A stretch of DNA of 64,000 bases. Source: Eledone cirrhosa (taxonomy: Eukaryota). Shown piece after piece: positions 1 to 12,196 of this stretch; positions within the stretch are counted from its first letter, which is position 1, and each line of letters starts with the position of its first letter. The notes beneath the pieces are model-generated. The model made no database searches. It saw nothing but the letters and a program-made list of their open reading frames with translations, and was not told where the DNA came from. The DNA lies in assembly GCA_964016885.1 (NCBI GenBank), contig OZ024742.1, positions 130,076,001 through 130,140,000 on the forward strand, in the 5' to 3' direction. The translations under genes and the position numbers were made by a program.

Positions 1-370
1 CCATTTTGCATACTCTGCCTCCCCACCACCACCTCATTATCTAAGTTCCTCACCTTAGTCTTCCCCTGCTCACTTCCTCCATACATAAATATCTCCTACA
101 CATACACACATACATATATGCACATACACACACACACGCACACACACACATATTTCCCCATACATAAGTAAAATTGAAATCTTCTGACTTGTATTTTATT
201 GCTCTTGCCCTCTCTTTTTCTCAATTTTCTTCCCTTCCTATCTCTCCCTCCTCTTGTACTCTATGAACCCCTCTACAATGTTATCTTATTCAATCTCTTG
301 CTTTCACCTATTTCTTATATCCCCTTGGATATAGTTTCAATCTTACCTTAGCGTTTTTAATGATCTACAT

Positions 371-826
371 CAAAGGTTCTCAACGGGGAGGGGGGCGTTT
401 CGTAGCACTAGGGAGGCGTTATGCAGTAAGGGGGCGTTAGGTGGCGTTATGCAGTAAGGGGGTGTTAGGGGGCGTTATGCAGTAAGGGGGCGTTAGGGGG
501 CGTTTGAAACTTTGGGGGCGCTAGAAGCCCCTTTAGTTTGGTAAGTTTTATAAGTCATATTTGTACGTCTCTTAGACAGCGAGTTTGAATGGATTTGAAT
601 GAAGAAAACGAAGAAAATAAATAAAAGAAGCTTGTCAACGAATTCCCTAGGGACATAAAAGAAAAACAAAAGAAATCAAAGAGAATGAAAATAAGGACTA
701 CTTCAACAGAAATGACAACAAAAAGAAGCAATGGTGGTGAACATACATACATACATACATACATACACACACACATATATACACACATAAGCCGGCGTTA
801 GTGTTTGATGAGGTTGAGAACCTGGT
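371..826. mobile_element. hAT-type non-autonomous element / MITE with imperfect TIRs and GGGGCGTT subterminal repeats
   Basis: Left end CAAAGGTTCTCAAC (371-384); right end GTTGAGAACCTGG (813-825). Three ~29-bp ATGCAGTAAGGGGGCGTTAGG repeats lie near the left end. Resembles Charlie-type hAT termini; no clean 8-bp TSD seen. Confidence 0.5.
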
Positions 827-1061
827 CAGCTTTCAGCCAGAGCTGTGGTATTTAATCTCCCTAGGTAATAAAATCTGGCGACAAAATTTTTCTCCTTACC
901 AAAAAAGAACACATAGATCATATCAACATCCTTACACACTTAAATATAAATGCATGTATATATACAAATGTATAAATGCATAGCTATATACATATGTAAA
1001 TGTATGTACGTATATATGTATGTAGATTTATATGTATATATATGTATATATATATATATAT

Positions 1062-1720
1062 TAGAATTGGCGCTCTGAAAAAGCGATATATATATGAATG
1101 TATATATAGTGTATTTTGCAATACACTGTATGCTTAATTAAAAGCATTTCGAAGACCTTATACTATTGTTTTAGAGTAGTGACAGTCTCACTTACTTTAA
1201 ATTTTCAGCAAACAGGGGAGATAAAGCTGACAGAGCTATGTTTTGTACTGATTGGTACTTATCAAAGCCAAGTACTCCACCTGTTTGCTGAAAATCATGA
1301 ATGCTTGATTCTTATAGAATTTCTAGTAATAATCTGGAACTGATTATACAGAGCGGTTGCCGGTCAAGCAGAAATTGAAAATTAGAATTGGCGCTCTGAA
1401 ATAGCGATATATACATGAATGTATATATAGTGTATTTTGCAATACACTGTATGCTTAATTAAAATGTCACTACTCTAAAACAATAGCATAAGGTCTTCGA
1501 AATGCTTTTAATTAAGCATACAGTGTATTACAAAATACACTATATATACATTCATATATATATCGCTATTTCAGAGCGGCAATTCTAATTTTCAATTTCT
1601 GCTTGACCGGCAACCGCTCTGTATAATCAGTTCCTGATTATTACTAGAAATTCTATAAGAATCAAACATTCATGATTTTCAGCAAACAGGTGGAGTACTT
1701 GGCTTTGATAAGTACCAATC
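1062..1720. repeat. ~320-bp unit with partial tandem copy plus long inverted copy (fold-back, ~215-bp arms)
   Basis: 1062-1144 recurs at 1382-1464. 1250-1464 is the reverse complement of ~1506-1720. The spacer 1465-1505 is the reverse complement of 1145-1184. Preceded by (TA)n. Confidence 0.85.
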
Positions 1721-1765
1721 AAGTCCGTACAACCAGCTTCACTTATCAAAAATGTTCTAGATTAC

Positions 1766-2850
1766 GTGAATGAATTGCGGAAACTATATAGTGCATCAGG
1801 GAAATTTAAGCACGTGTATTTATCACAACATGATAAAGAAAATGAAGTATCGTCACCACACTCCTTAAAACCTATGTGCCCTACTCGATGGCTAACACGA
1901 CTTTCTGCAGTCAAAGCCCTTCTTGACAATTATTCAGATGTCCCTATTTCTTTACACGAGGCAACAAATGAGTTTGGCACCAACATTGCATCCAGAGCTA
2001 ATGTTATTCTTACGTGTCACTCTCCGGGCCAATGTGTTCTTGGATTGCACGTTGTAGTTCCATTACTTCAATTCCTTGAAGGATTGAACAAATCTTTTCA
2101 AAGTACCACCTTCAATCTAGGTAGCATGTTGCATAGTGTCAAACTGGTGCAGGAGGAGCTAAACAATCTACGCAGTGAAGAAAAATTTCAGGAGCTGTTC
2201 AATACAGCAGAAAAAATGATTTATCAACTCGATATTTCTCCTTTGGAGCTACCCAGGCAACAAAAAGTTCCTAAAAGATACCAGGAAGGAAATGCGTTAA
2301 AATATAAACACTGCACTGCTTTGGATCATTACAGAGTGCAGTATTTGCAGGTAGTGGATACTACAATATCAAATTTGAAATTTTTTTTTTTTTTTCACAG
2401 GATTTAGCAGATTATGAAAAACTGAGCAATATTTTACTCAATGGAAATGTTTGTGCTGAAGTGATCATGCAGTATCCAGAACTTGATGAATTTTCTTTAA
2501 GGAACGAAATACTTTTTTATAGAAATCATCATAGTGGATCATCTCTCGAGGATCATCGTAACATATTCGGTGAAATGCAACCAGATGTCCATCGCATGTT
2601 TCTAAATGTTGAGTGATTGCTCAGGCTACTTTTAATGTTTCCAACCAGTTCTTGTGAAGCTGAAAGATCTTTTAGCGCTCTGCGGAGACTCAAAACTTGG
2701 TTGCGATCGACCATGACTTAGCAAAGGTTGAATCATATTCTAATATGCCACGTTCATAGAGATGTTTTGAAAAAGATTAGTTGTGAAGAAGTTGCTAAAT
2801 TATTTATTGACAGCAATGATGCGAGATATGATACATTTGGAAAGTTCTAA
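1766..2850 (+). pseudogene. hAT-family transposase remnant (ZMYM1-like; C-terminal dimerisation domain)
   Basis: ORF 1766-2407 contains CPTRW. After a frameshift in the poly-T at 2381-2395, the frame from 2401 reads ...PTSSCEAERSFSALRRLKTWLRSTMT*QRLNHILICHVH...GKF* with two internal stops. Confidence 0.9.
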
Positions 2851-3540
2851 AAGACAATAAATTTACTTTATATGATTTTTATTCAAACGTCTATGTTTTA
2901 TTTTTTGTTTATTTGATATAATAAATACTTTTTAAGCTTATTTTTTTTATATCTGAACTTCATTTGAATATATAAAATTTAATTAGCGTAAAGAAAATTT
3001 TACTTATGTGATAGGGTTCAGGAAAGACACCATAAGTAATACTAAAATGCTCCAACAAATGTTGGTTTGTCCCCCTCACAAACGAGGCCCTTGGAAAAGA
3101 GCAACATTATTCATGAATTGAATTCACTGACCCGTTCATCACTGTGTTCGGCTTGACCTCGATACTTCAGCTCATTCTTACTAACATTCGGTTTGCTTGA
3201 CCCCATCCTCTCTTCATTGCATTTCCACATCAATTATTCTATAACTAGGTTGTTGCTATTCCTATATAAACTGACTGTTTATACTACGATCAAGTCTTGT
3301 TATAGCCTCGGGCTTAAGGAAGTGTTTTTGTAGTCTTCAACAGTCATCCATTATAATTGCAGCACCATTACAAGAATATCACAGTGATGCATTAAGGTAA
3401 GGGCGATAATTTGAGTAACTCTGACTAATAAGTAATGTCTTAACTTAGTATTATCGCGTCTTATCACTACGTGCTTAATTGATGAATTCCATTTCAAAAT
3501 AGCACATTACTAGTCATTCTTGCATTCAACTTTTTTATCT

Positions 3541-3966
3541 CCTAAGGCCCGCATTAGGTGAAAAACTACGTTTTTAAAGATTTTTAGGGGGTTTTTGAGG
3601 CGTTACGTCAGACCAATTTCCTTGAAATTGTAACTATGTATTAGTCAGTCTTTTCTTCATACCGTAAGCAAAGAAAATCCAACTTTCTTATGGCCTAGGG
3701 CCCGCATTAGGTGAAAAACTTCATTTTTTCAGCTTCTTAGGGCCTTTTGGAGGCATTACATCTAGCCGATTTTCCCGAAATTTAAAGGCATATTATGCAC
3801 ATAAAAAATTCATCGAGGAAAATCTTAAAGATTATCCAGCCATCAGAGTATTCGGTTTATTTTCTTTACATATTGTCCAGGCATGCAGTTTTTTCACGAT
3901 TAGGTCTGTTGGCGGCCCGCGTTCCAAAATACCTTATCCCGTGCAACGCCGGGTACCACTGCTAGT
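3541..3966 (+). mobile_element. Helitron-like 3' terminus (non-autonomous)
   Basis: GC hairpin CCCGTGCAACGCCGGG (3938-3953), 8 nt, then CTAG|T (3962-3966). Internal direct repeat CCTAAGGCCCGCATTAGGTGAAAAACT at ~3541 and ~3694. 5' end not identified. Confidence 0.6.
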
Positions 3967-4299
3967 ATACAATATATTTATTTTTCTACGATATATGGGT
4001 TTTTCTCTCTCTGTACATATATCTTTTACATTTGATTTATTATGGCTCTACGTAAAGTCTATTGAGCTTGTTTATTGAAAATTCTAACATATTTGATGTT
4101 ACATTTATATATATGTGTGTGCCTGCCTGTGGGCCTGTGTATGTGTGTGTGTGGGGGTCAGCATGCCTGTGTGTGTGGAGGTCTGTGTGCCTGTGTGTGT
4201 GAGGGTCTGTGTGTTTGTGTGCCTGTGTGTGTGTTTGTGTCCCTGTGTGTGTGTTTGTTTCCCTGTGTGTGTGTTTGTGTGCCTGTGAGTGTGTGTATG

Positions 4300-5670
4300 T
4301 CCCTCTGTGTGTCCATGTGTATGTCCCTGTGTGTGACTGTGTGTGTCGCTATGTATTTCCCTATGTGTCCCTGTATGTCCCAGTGTGTGTTCATGTGTGT
4401 GTCACTGTGTATGTCCCTGTGTGTTTTTGTGTCTCTGTGTGTGTCCCTATGTATTTCCCTATGTGTGTCCTTGTGTATGTCCCTATGTATGTCCCTATGT
4501 ATGTCCCTATGTATGTCCCTATGTATGTCCCTGTGTATGTCCCTGTGTATGTCCCTATGTATGTCCCTATTTGTGTCCCTATGTATATCCCTATGTATGT
4601 CCCTATGTATGTCCCTATGTATGTCCCTATGTATATCCCTATTTGTGTCCCTATGTATGTCCCTATATATGTCCCTGTGTATGTCCCTATGTGTCTCTAT
4701 GTATGTCCCTATGTGTGTTCCTGTGTATGTCCCTGTGTATGTCCCTGTATGTCCCTATGTATGTCCCTATGTATGTCCCTATGTATGTCCCTATGTGTCC
4801 CTATGTATGTCCCTGTGTATGTCCCTATGTATATCCCTATGTATGTCCCTGTGTATGTCCCTATGTATGTCCCTATGTATGTCCCTATGTATGTCCCTAT
4901 GTATGTCCCTATGTGTCCCTATGTATGTCCCTGTGTATGTCCCTATGTATATCCCTATGTATGTCCCTATGTGTGTTCCTGTGTATGTCCCTGTGTATGT
5001 CCCTATGTATGTCCCTATGTATGTCCCTATGTATGTCCCTATGTATGTCCCTGTGTATGTCCCTATGTATGTCCCTGTGTATGTCCCTGTGTATGTCCCT
5101 ATATATGTCCCTGTGTATGTCCCTATGTATGTCCCTGTGTATGTCCCTATGTATGTCCCTATATATGTCCCTGTGTATGTCCCTATGTATGTCCCTATGT
5201 ATGTCCCTATGTATGTCCCTATATATGTCCCTATGTATGTCCCTATGTATGTCCCTATGTATGTCCCTATGTGTCCCTATGTATGTCCCTGTGTATGTCC
5301 CTATGTATGTCCCTATGTATGTCCCTATGTATGTCCCTATGTATGTCCCTGTGTATGTCCCTATGTATGTCCCTGTGTATGTCCCTGTGTATGTCCCTAT
5401 ATATGTCCCTGTGTATGTCCCTATGTATGTCCCTGTGTATGTCCTTATGTATGTCCCTATGTATGTCCCTATGTATGTCCCTGTGTATGTCCCTATGTAT
5501 GTCCCTATGTATGTCCCTATATATGTCCCTGTGTATGTCCCTATGTATGTTCCTATGTATGTCCCTATGTGTCCCTATGTATGTCCCTATGTATGTCCCT
5601 ATGTATGTTCCTATGTATGTCCCTATGTGTCCCTATGTATGTCCCTATGTATATCCCTATGTATGTCCCT
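4300..5670. repeat. 12-bp minisatellite (TATGTCCCTATG)n grading from (TG)n-rich sequence
   Basis: Directly visible tandem array with 8- and 10-bp variant units; source of the spurious MSLC/VPMY ORFs. Confidence 0.97.
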
Positions 5671-5675
5671 ATATG

Positions 5676-5732
<57 letters not shown>

Positions 5733-5813
5733 GTATATATATATATATGTATATATGTGTATATGTATATATATATGTATATATATACATATATATATAT
5801 ATGCATATGTATA

Positions 5814-5891
<78 letters not shown>

Positions 5892-5943
5892 CATATATAT
5901 ATATGTATATACATATATATATATATACATATATATATATGCA

Positions 5944-5989
<46 letters not shown>

Positions 5990-6013
5990 CATATATGTGT
6001 ATATATATACATA

Positions 6014-6062
<49 letters not shown>

Positions 6063-6077
6063 ATATATATATATGCA

Positions 6078-6109
<32 letters not shown>

Positions 6110-6140
6110 CATATATATGTATATATATGTATATATTGTG

Positions 6141-6175
<35 letters not shown>

Positions 6176-6257
6176 ATATATATATGTGTGTGTGTATGTA
6201 TGTGTGTGTGTGTGTGTATGTATGTATATATATATGTGTGTATGTATATATATATAT
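5671..6257. repeat. (TA)n/(TG)n microsatellite
   Basis: Direct inspection. Confidence 0.97.
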
Positions 6258-6866
6258 GTCAGGTCACCAGTTGGTGCTACTGGTAACATGTATTCCAGTA
6301 CAACCTGTCCCATGGTCGGGTCGTTGGCGACTAAACTGGTAACCCCACCAAGGTTTCTTGGTGAGGAGGGTGACTTTGGACATCCTGCAGGACTAAAAAC
6401 AAAACCTGTCAAAAGGCAAAGGGGCTCTTAAGAGTCAATGGCCATCCAAAGTCACCGGGAGAGATGACCCCTTAGCCTTTGTCAAGGCAGAATTCTAGGA
6501 GAAGGAAAACTCTGATATAACACCTGCAACCCTGATGGTATCCAATGATGTTGAATTGTTCTTCTTTTTGGTAAATATCATCTTGGTTAAGAGAGTGGGA
6601 CTGGCTTTGTGCAGTGCCTTTGCTCACTATAAAAGCTTCAAGGCACAGGCATTGCTTTATATCTGGAGATCTCTCTGCACTTGCCGTCACATGGTACCAT
6701 GGGCCCAGCACTATGTGTCAATAATTGTCACCAGTGTAGTGTTTGTACCAGAGTTTTCAAGTCGCTGGCTGGACTAAAAAGTCACATTCGTTCAGCGTAT
6801 CGGTAGGGGTTCTCCTACATGGATATAAAGTAGTGGCCGTACTCGAAAACGAGTTGGCAGCCACCA
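6258..6866 (+). mobile_element. Short non-autonomous RTE-type LINE derivative (5' end joined to C2H2-coding 3' end)
   Basis: 5' part (GGTGCTACTGGTAAC..CGACTAAAC..GGTGAGGAGGGT) resembles the reverse complement of the LINE-like segment at ~50880-50990. 3' part translates CSVCTRVFKSLAGLKSHIR, like the RTE C-terminus at 47154-47384, and ends GTGGCCGTACTCGAAAACGAGTTGGCAGCCACC. Second copy at 30598-31011. Confidence 0.65.
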
Positions 6867-6867
6867 T

Positions 6868-7528
6868 TTGTGTCCCTATGTATATCCCTATGTATGTCCC
6901 TATGTATGTCCCTATGTATGTCCCTATGTATGTCCCTATGTATGTCCCTGTATGTCCCTATGTATGTCCCTATGTATGTTCCTATGTATGTCCCTATGTG
7001 TCCCTATGTATGTCCCTATATATGTCCCTATGTATGTCCCTATGTATGTCCCTATGTATGTCCCTATGTATGTCCTTATGTATGTCCCTATGTATGTCCC
7101 TATGTGTCCCTATGTATGTCCCTATGTATGTCCCTATGTGTCCCTATGTATGTCCCTATATATGTCCCTGTGTATGTCCCTATGTATGTCCCTATGTATG
7201 TCCCTATATATGTCCCTGTGTATGTCCCTATGTATGTCCCTATGTATGTCCCTATGTATGTCCCTATGTATATCCCTATGTATGTCCCTATGTGTCCCTA
7301 TGTATGTCCCTGTGTATGTCCCTATGTATGTCCCTATATATGTCCCTATGTATGTCCCTATGTATATCCCTATGTATGTCCCTATGTATGTCCCTATGTA
7401 TGTCCCTATATATGTCCCTATGTATGTCCCTATGTATGTCCCTGTGTATGTCCCTATGTTTGTCCCTGTGTATGTCCCTATGTATGTCCCTATGTATGTC
7501 CCTATGTATGTCCCTGTGTATGTCCCTA
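6868..7528. repeat. 12-bp minisatellite (TATGTCCCTATG)n, second block, followed by (CT)n
   Basis: Same unit as 4300-5670. Confidence 0.97.
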
Positions 7529-7618
7529 TCTCTCTCTGTTGTGCACTCTCTCTCTCTCTTGTGCACACACACTCTCTCTCTCGTGCACTCAGTCTCTTTC
7601 TCTCTCTCTTTTGTGCAC

Positions 7619-7659
<41 letters not shown>

Positions 7660-9389
7660 CACTCACTCTCTCTAAGTATGCAATCTACTGCAACTATTTT
7701 GTTATTTTCCTTTTTTCAAACTTTTGTTCGTGAATAACATTTTAAACCTATTATATTACAAATCTGTAAATATAAATTTGTCACAAAAATCAATTTTATT
7801 TTATTTGGGAGGGTGATTACTCAAAGCCTGGTCACATATATATACGTGTGTGTGTGTATACATATATGTGTGTGTGTGTGTGTATGTGTGTGTGTATAAA
7901 TACATACACATTTGTAACCATTGAACTGTTTGCTTTGTTGTTGCCATTTACATTTGGCACATATATATATATATATATATATTTATTTATTTATTTATAT
8001 CTATATACACACACACACACATACATACATAAATACATATATATTTATATGTATGTATGTATCATATATATCATCGATTTTATGGCCTTTATGCATTCTG
8101 GTAGGGATTGAACGAGACTTTTTGAGGCAGAATTCTACAGCCAGAGACACAACACACAACTGCTAAACCACTCTTCAATTTTCTTGTATCTTTCCTCCAT
8201 TAACTAAGATGACCACTCCCAAACATTTTGGAACTTCTCTTGTTCTGTTTTTCTTTTGATTATATGTATTTCTATCTTTATTTGATATTATTTGATTTGT
8301 GTAAAACTTCCTTCCCACCCCTCTCCAAACATATGCCTAACCTATATTAAATGAACATTAATATGAAGAAAAAAAAAAGCAGTTTGAAAATTGCTTTATA
8401 TGAGAAATTCTAGTCCTTTGATCACACTTTTAACTTTTGATCACTAAAGAGTAACATTTTGAAAACATTTGATCAATAAAGAATAAGAATTTTTCAGAAA
8501 AATCATTCATTATTATTTTCCAAATATATAATATCATCATCATAATTATTTAACATCAGTTTTCTCTGTTAACAAGAGTCTTCACAGACTGAGTCAGTAA
8601 TATGGTTTTAGGAAGCCGTAGCTATGCAAACACCGGTTGTCCCTCTTGCTTCTGCTGGACATCACCACAGCAAAAAAAGCACCCAGCATCACTGTAAATG
8701 AGGTTGATGTTAGGAAGGGCATCCAGCTGTAGAAATCAAGCCAGAATCAGTTCCAGTATGAGCAAGACAAGGTCAGCCGACCTAACATTGCCCACAACAG
8801 GACAACCCGTCTAACCCATGCTAGCGTGGAAGAACGGTGATGGTGATGATGATGAATATTCAAGGGATGTTTTCATTGACAACACCTGTTTCTCTATCAA
8901 TGGTCTTGTTGCAAAGAGAGGCCAGCCAAATCAATGGATGTTATCCAACCATCTTGCCTGGGGTCTACCACTGGGTCTCCTGTCTGTAAAATTTGTCCAG
9001 CAATTCTTTCCTTGGACATTCTAACCCCATGTCCATTGTATGGGAGTTGTGATCTCTCAATTCAGAGAAATAGTGGATCTACCTGGAACAACTGTCTGAT
9101 CCCTGAGCTACACTATTGAGTAACATTACTCCAAAGACCCTTTGGAGGAAACCCATTTGTGATCATATTCTTTTGAATGCACTTGACAGGTTTGATGCCA
9201 AGTGTTGCAAATATATATATATATATATATATATATAGTAATAATAATAAATTTGAAGACTAAAATCCAAAGAGGGCTCGATAAGGATAAATATATATGA
9301 AATATATAAGAACCGTAGAGCAAATCTGTTATTTAAATATATATATACAATATATTAATAAATGGAAACTATATTTATAAAAACATATT

Positions 9390-9455
9390 TATTTTATTAC
9401 ATATATTTCAAGGGCGACCAAGGTAAATTATGGTGTGCTTTCATCAGATAAAATA
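9390..9455 (-). ncRNA. Type-I hammerhead ribozyme motif (family A, inverted copy)
   Basis: Reverse complement of 9574-9639. Confidence 0.75.
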
Positions 9456-9573
9456 CAGATTTGTTTTATAAATAAATATTGACATACCTGGAAAAAGACA
9501 ACCTCAATGAATTTCAACCATTGAGGTTGTCTTTTTTCCGGGTATGTCAATATTTATTTATAAAACAAATCTG

Positions 9574-9639
9574 TATTTTATCTGATGAAAGCACACCATA
9601 ATTTACCTTGGTCGCCCTTGAAATATATGTAATAAAATA
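9574..9639 (+). ncRNA. Type-I hammerhead ribozyme motif (family A)
   Basis: TATTTTAT-CTGATGA-AAG..CTT-GAAA-TATATG-TA^ATAAAATA: 8-bp stem I, intact core, minimal stem III. Confidence 0.75.
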
Positions 9640-9791
9640 AATATGTTTTTATAAATATAGTTTCCATTTATTAATATATTGTGTATTTACTCCACTAATC
9701 TGTTGAGTGCTTTACATCAGTTATAAAAATGTTTAAGCTTGTTGAATCCCAACAAATTAAATATAACCTCTGCATGTATATATATATATAT

Positions 9792-10130
9792 CATCATCAT
9801 CATCATTTCATTTTTACGTCTGCTTTTTCCCTGCTTGCAAGGGTGGGAAGGGAACTGATTCTGACTTGATTTCTACAGCTGGATGCTCTTCCTAACACCA
9901 ACCTCATTTACAGTGAGTGCTGGGTGCTTTTTTGCCATGGCACCTGCATGACCACTTTGCAGTGGAATGGACCCCAATCCCTATCATCTCATTTCTACAG
10001 CTGAATAAACTGGAGCAATGTGAAATAAAGTGTCTTGCTCAAGGAAACAACACATCACCCGGTCTGAGAATTGAACTCACAACCTTTCGATTGCAAGGCC
10101 AATGCTCTAACCACTAAGCCATGTGCTTCC
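9792..10130 (-). mobile_element. tRNA-headed SINE (family S2, CORE-like body, RTE-type 3' tail)
   Basis: Minus strand: TGGCTTAGTGGTTAGAGC (A box), GAGTTCAATTC (B box), CCTTGAGCAAGACACTT, then tail ACCCTTGCAAGCAGGGAAAAAGCAGACGTAAAA(ATG)n. Similar copies at ~25497-25938, 38122-38470, 57089-57480 and 59030-59705. Confidence 0.85.
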
Positions 10131-10676
10131 ATACATATGTGCCTCCATATATATATATATATATACACACACATAAATACACAGAACATTATTATGGTTG
10201 ATGTTATAATAGTGAAGATGTGGCTTAGGTGTTAGGATAATCAGCTTTATTATAAGATGGTGAGTTTGATTCCTCACAGTGCATTGTGCCCTTGAGAAAG
10301 CCACTTTATTTCACATTACTCCAGTCTTCTCATCTGGCAAAAATAAGTCATACCTATAATTCAAAGGGCCAGTTTTGTCACATACTGTATTGTACTGAAT
10401 CTCTCTGAGAACTACATTAGGGTTAGATATGTCTTTGGAATGCTCAGCCACTTGTATGTTAATTTCACAAACAGTTCCATCGATTGAACCAACAAGAATA
10501 CTGGTCATCAGAATTGATTGTTTTCCATTGTTATAAGTGTAAATGCAGAGACAGAAGGAATATAATCAGTAAGAATATATAAGCAGTGAATAACAAGAGA
10601 GAATAATCCTTAGATAAATATACAACAAATAAAAGTAGATCATACTAAAGAAATAAGATAAAAATGTAATGCTTAC

Positions 10677-10805
10677 TTTCCAATGGTTTCTTGTAAACCT
10701 TGTTTAGTTTTCTTAGCTTTAACAACAGCTGAGATAAGGGATTCAAAAGTATGATTTCTTTTCAGATCTGAAATAACATCTCCCATTATTTGTTGTACAA
10801 ACTGC
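10677..10805 (-). CDS. IQCG: Internal coding exon of a probable IQ-motif-containing G / dynein regulatory complex subunit 9 gene
   Basis: Polypyrimidine acceptor ctttatttttatttacAG and donor GTaagc enclose 129 bp (phase 2-2), open: (R)QFVQQIMGDVISDLKRNHTFESLISAVVKAKKTKQGLQETIG(K). From memory this resembles the IQCG segment RQF..DVI..L...T..SL..A; not database-checked. Confidence 0.7.
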
Positions 10806-12061
10806 CTGTAAATAAAAATAAAGTAATTCATTGAGAATGTAAAATCTCTGTCAATTTAACAAAATGTTTGTCTTGGAAAATTACATTTCTTCAAAGGTAT
10901 TATCTATTGGGAGATGTGACATTTTATGTGAAAATCCTTCAAAACCTTGTAGTGGTGGTATATGGCTTAGTGGTTAGGCTGCAGGTTCAGGAATTTGATT
11001 CCTAAACTGGCCAGCATGCTGTCTTCTTAACTAAGACACTTTATTTCATGTTGCTCCAGTCCACTCAGCTGGAAATTACACAGGTGCCAAGATTTACTGC
11101 TCTTTAACATTTTCTTGGACAACATTATAAATAGTGTATGTATAAGTTGTATATAACAGTTTATATATAAATTGGTGGAAGCACATGGTCTAGTGATAAG
11201 GGCGTTGGACTTACAATCATAATGTCATGGGTTTGATTCTTGGACTCGGTTGTGTGTTGTGTTCTTGAACAAAACACTTCATTTCACATTGCTCCAGTAT
11301 ACTCAACTGAAAATTAGTACCAGTAATAGCTGGTGGGGTTAACCTTATGGTCGACTGGCATCCTGTCCTGGGAGGAGTCTTGTACTCTCAGTTGTTTCAC
11401 ACCATGGAAACCTGGATAAAGCTTACACCACGTGAGTCAAGAGATCTAGAAAAAATTGTTTCCGGCAATAACTTTAATTCGTAGAAAATGCTTTTCTCTT
11501 TAACCCCAAAATTATTAAGTATTTAGAACATATCCCTTCTGCTTATTTCCATTACATTTCGTTTCGTCATGTGGTTTCCTCATTGAATCCACTAAAGGGA
11601 ACAAAAGGACAATATACCAAAGAAATCATAATAAATAAAAAGAATTGAAAGTGGGCAACTCCTAAATGTTATTCAATTGACCTCTAATTCAGCACTTTGT
11701 TATTTCATCAACTTGAATACAAACGTAATCAACATGAGATGACTGACAAATAGTTTGCAAAAATAGAACACCCAAATGTACAAGTGTGTGTGTGTGTGTG
11801 TATCATCATCATTTCATTTTACGTCCGCTTTTCCCTGCTTGGAAGGGTTGGACGGGAACTGATTCTGTCTTGATTTCTACAGCTGGATGCCCTTCCTAAC
11901 ACCAACCTCATTTACAGTGAGTGGTGGGTGCTTTTTTTGCCATGGCACCTCCACGTCCACTTTATAGTGTGGGCTGGGTGCTTTTTTGCCATAGCACCTC
12001 CACAACCACTTTGCAGTGAATGATAGGGACCCCAGTCCTATCATCTCATTTCTATATATAT

Positions 12062-12097
<36 letters not shown>

Positions 12098-12196
12098 ATA
12101 CAAACACACACACACAAACACACAGATATACATATACATATATATACATGTATATATATATATACATATATATACATGTATATAGTTTGCAAAAAT

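Larger units (their letters stand above)
9343..9686. repeat. Near-perfect palindrome (~165-bp arms, 9-nt loop) carrying one hammerhead motif per arm
   Basis: 9347-9509 is the reverse complement of 9519-9682; loop AATTTCAAC at 9510-9518; (TA)n on both sides of the element. Confidence 0.92.

Noticed and set aside
4075-7737. Long 250-755 aa ORFs ([12 protein letters not shown] and YI repeats)
   Set aside because: Open in all three frames because the 12-bp and dinucleotide repeats lack stop codons; no domain or splice evidence.
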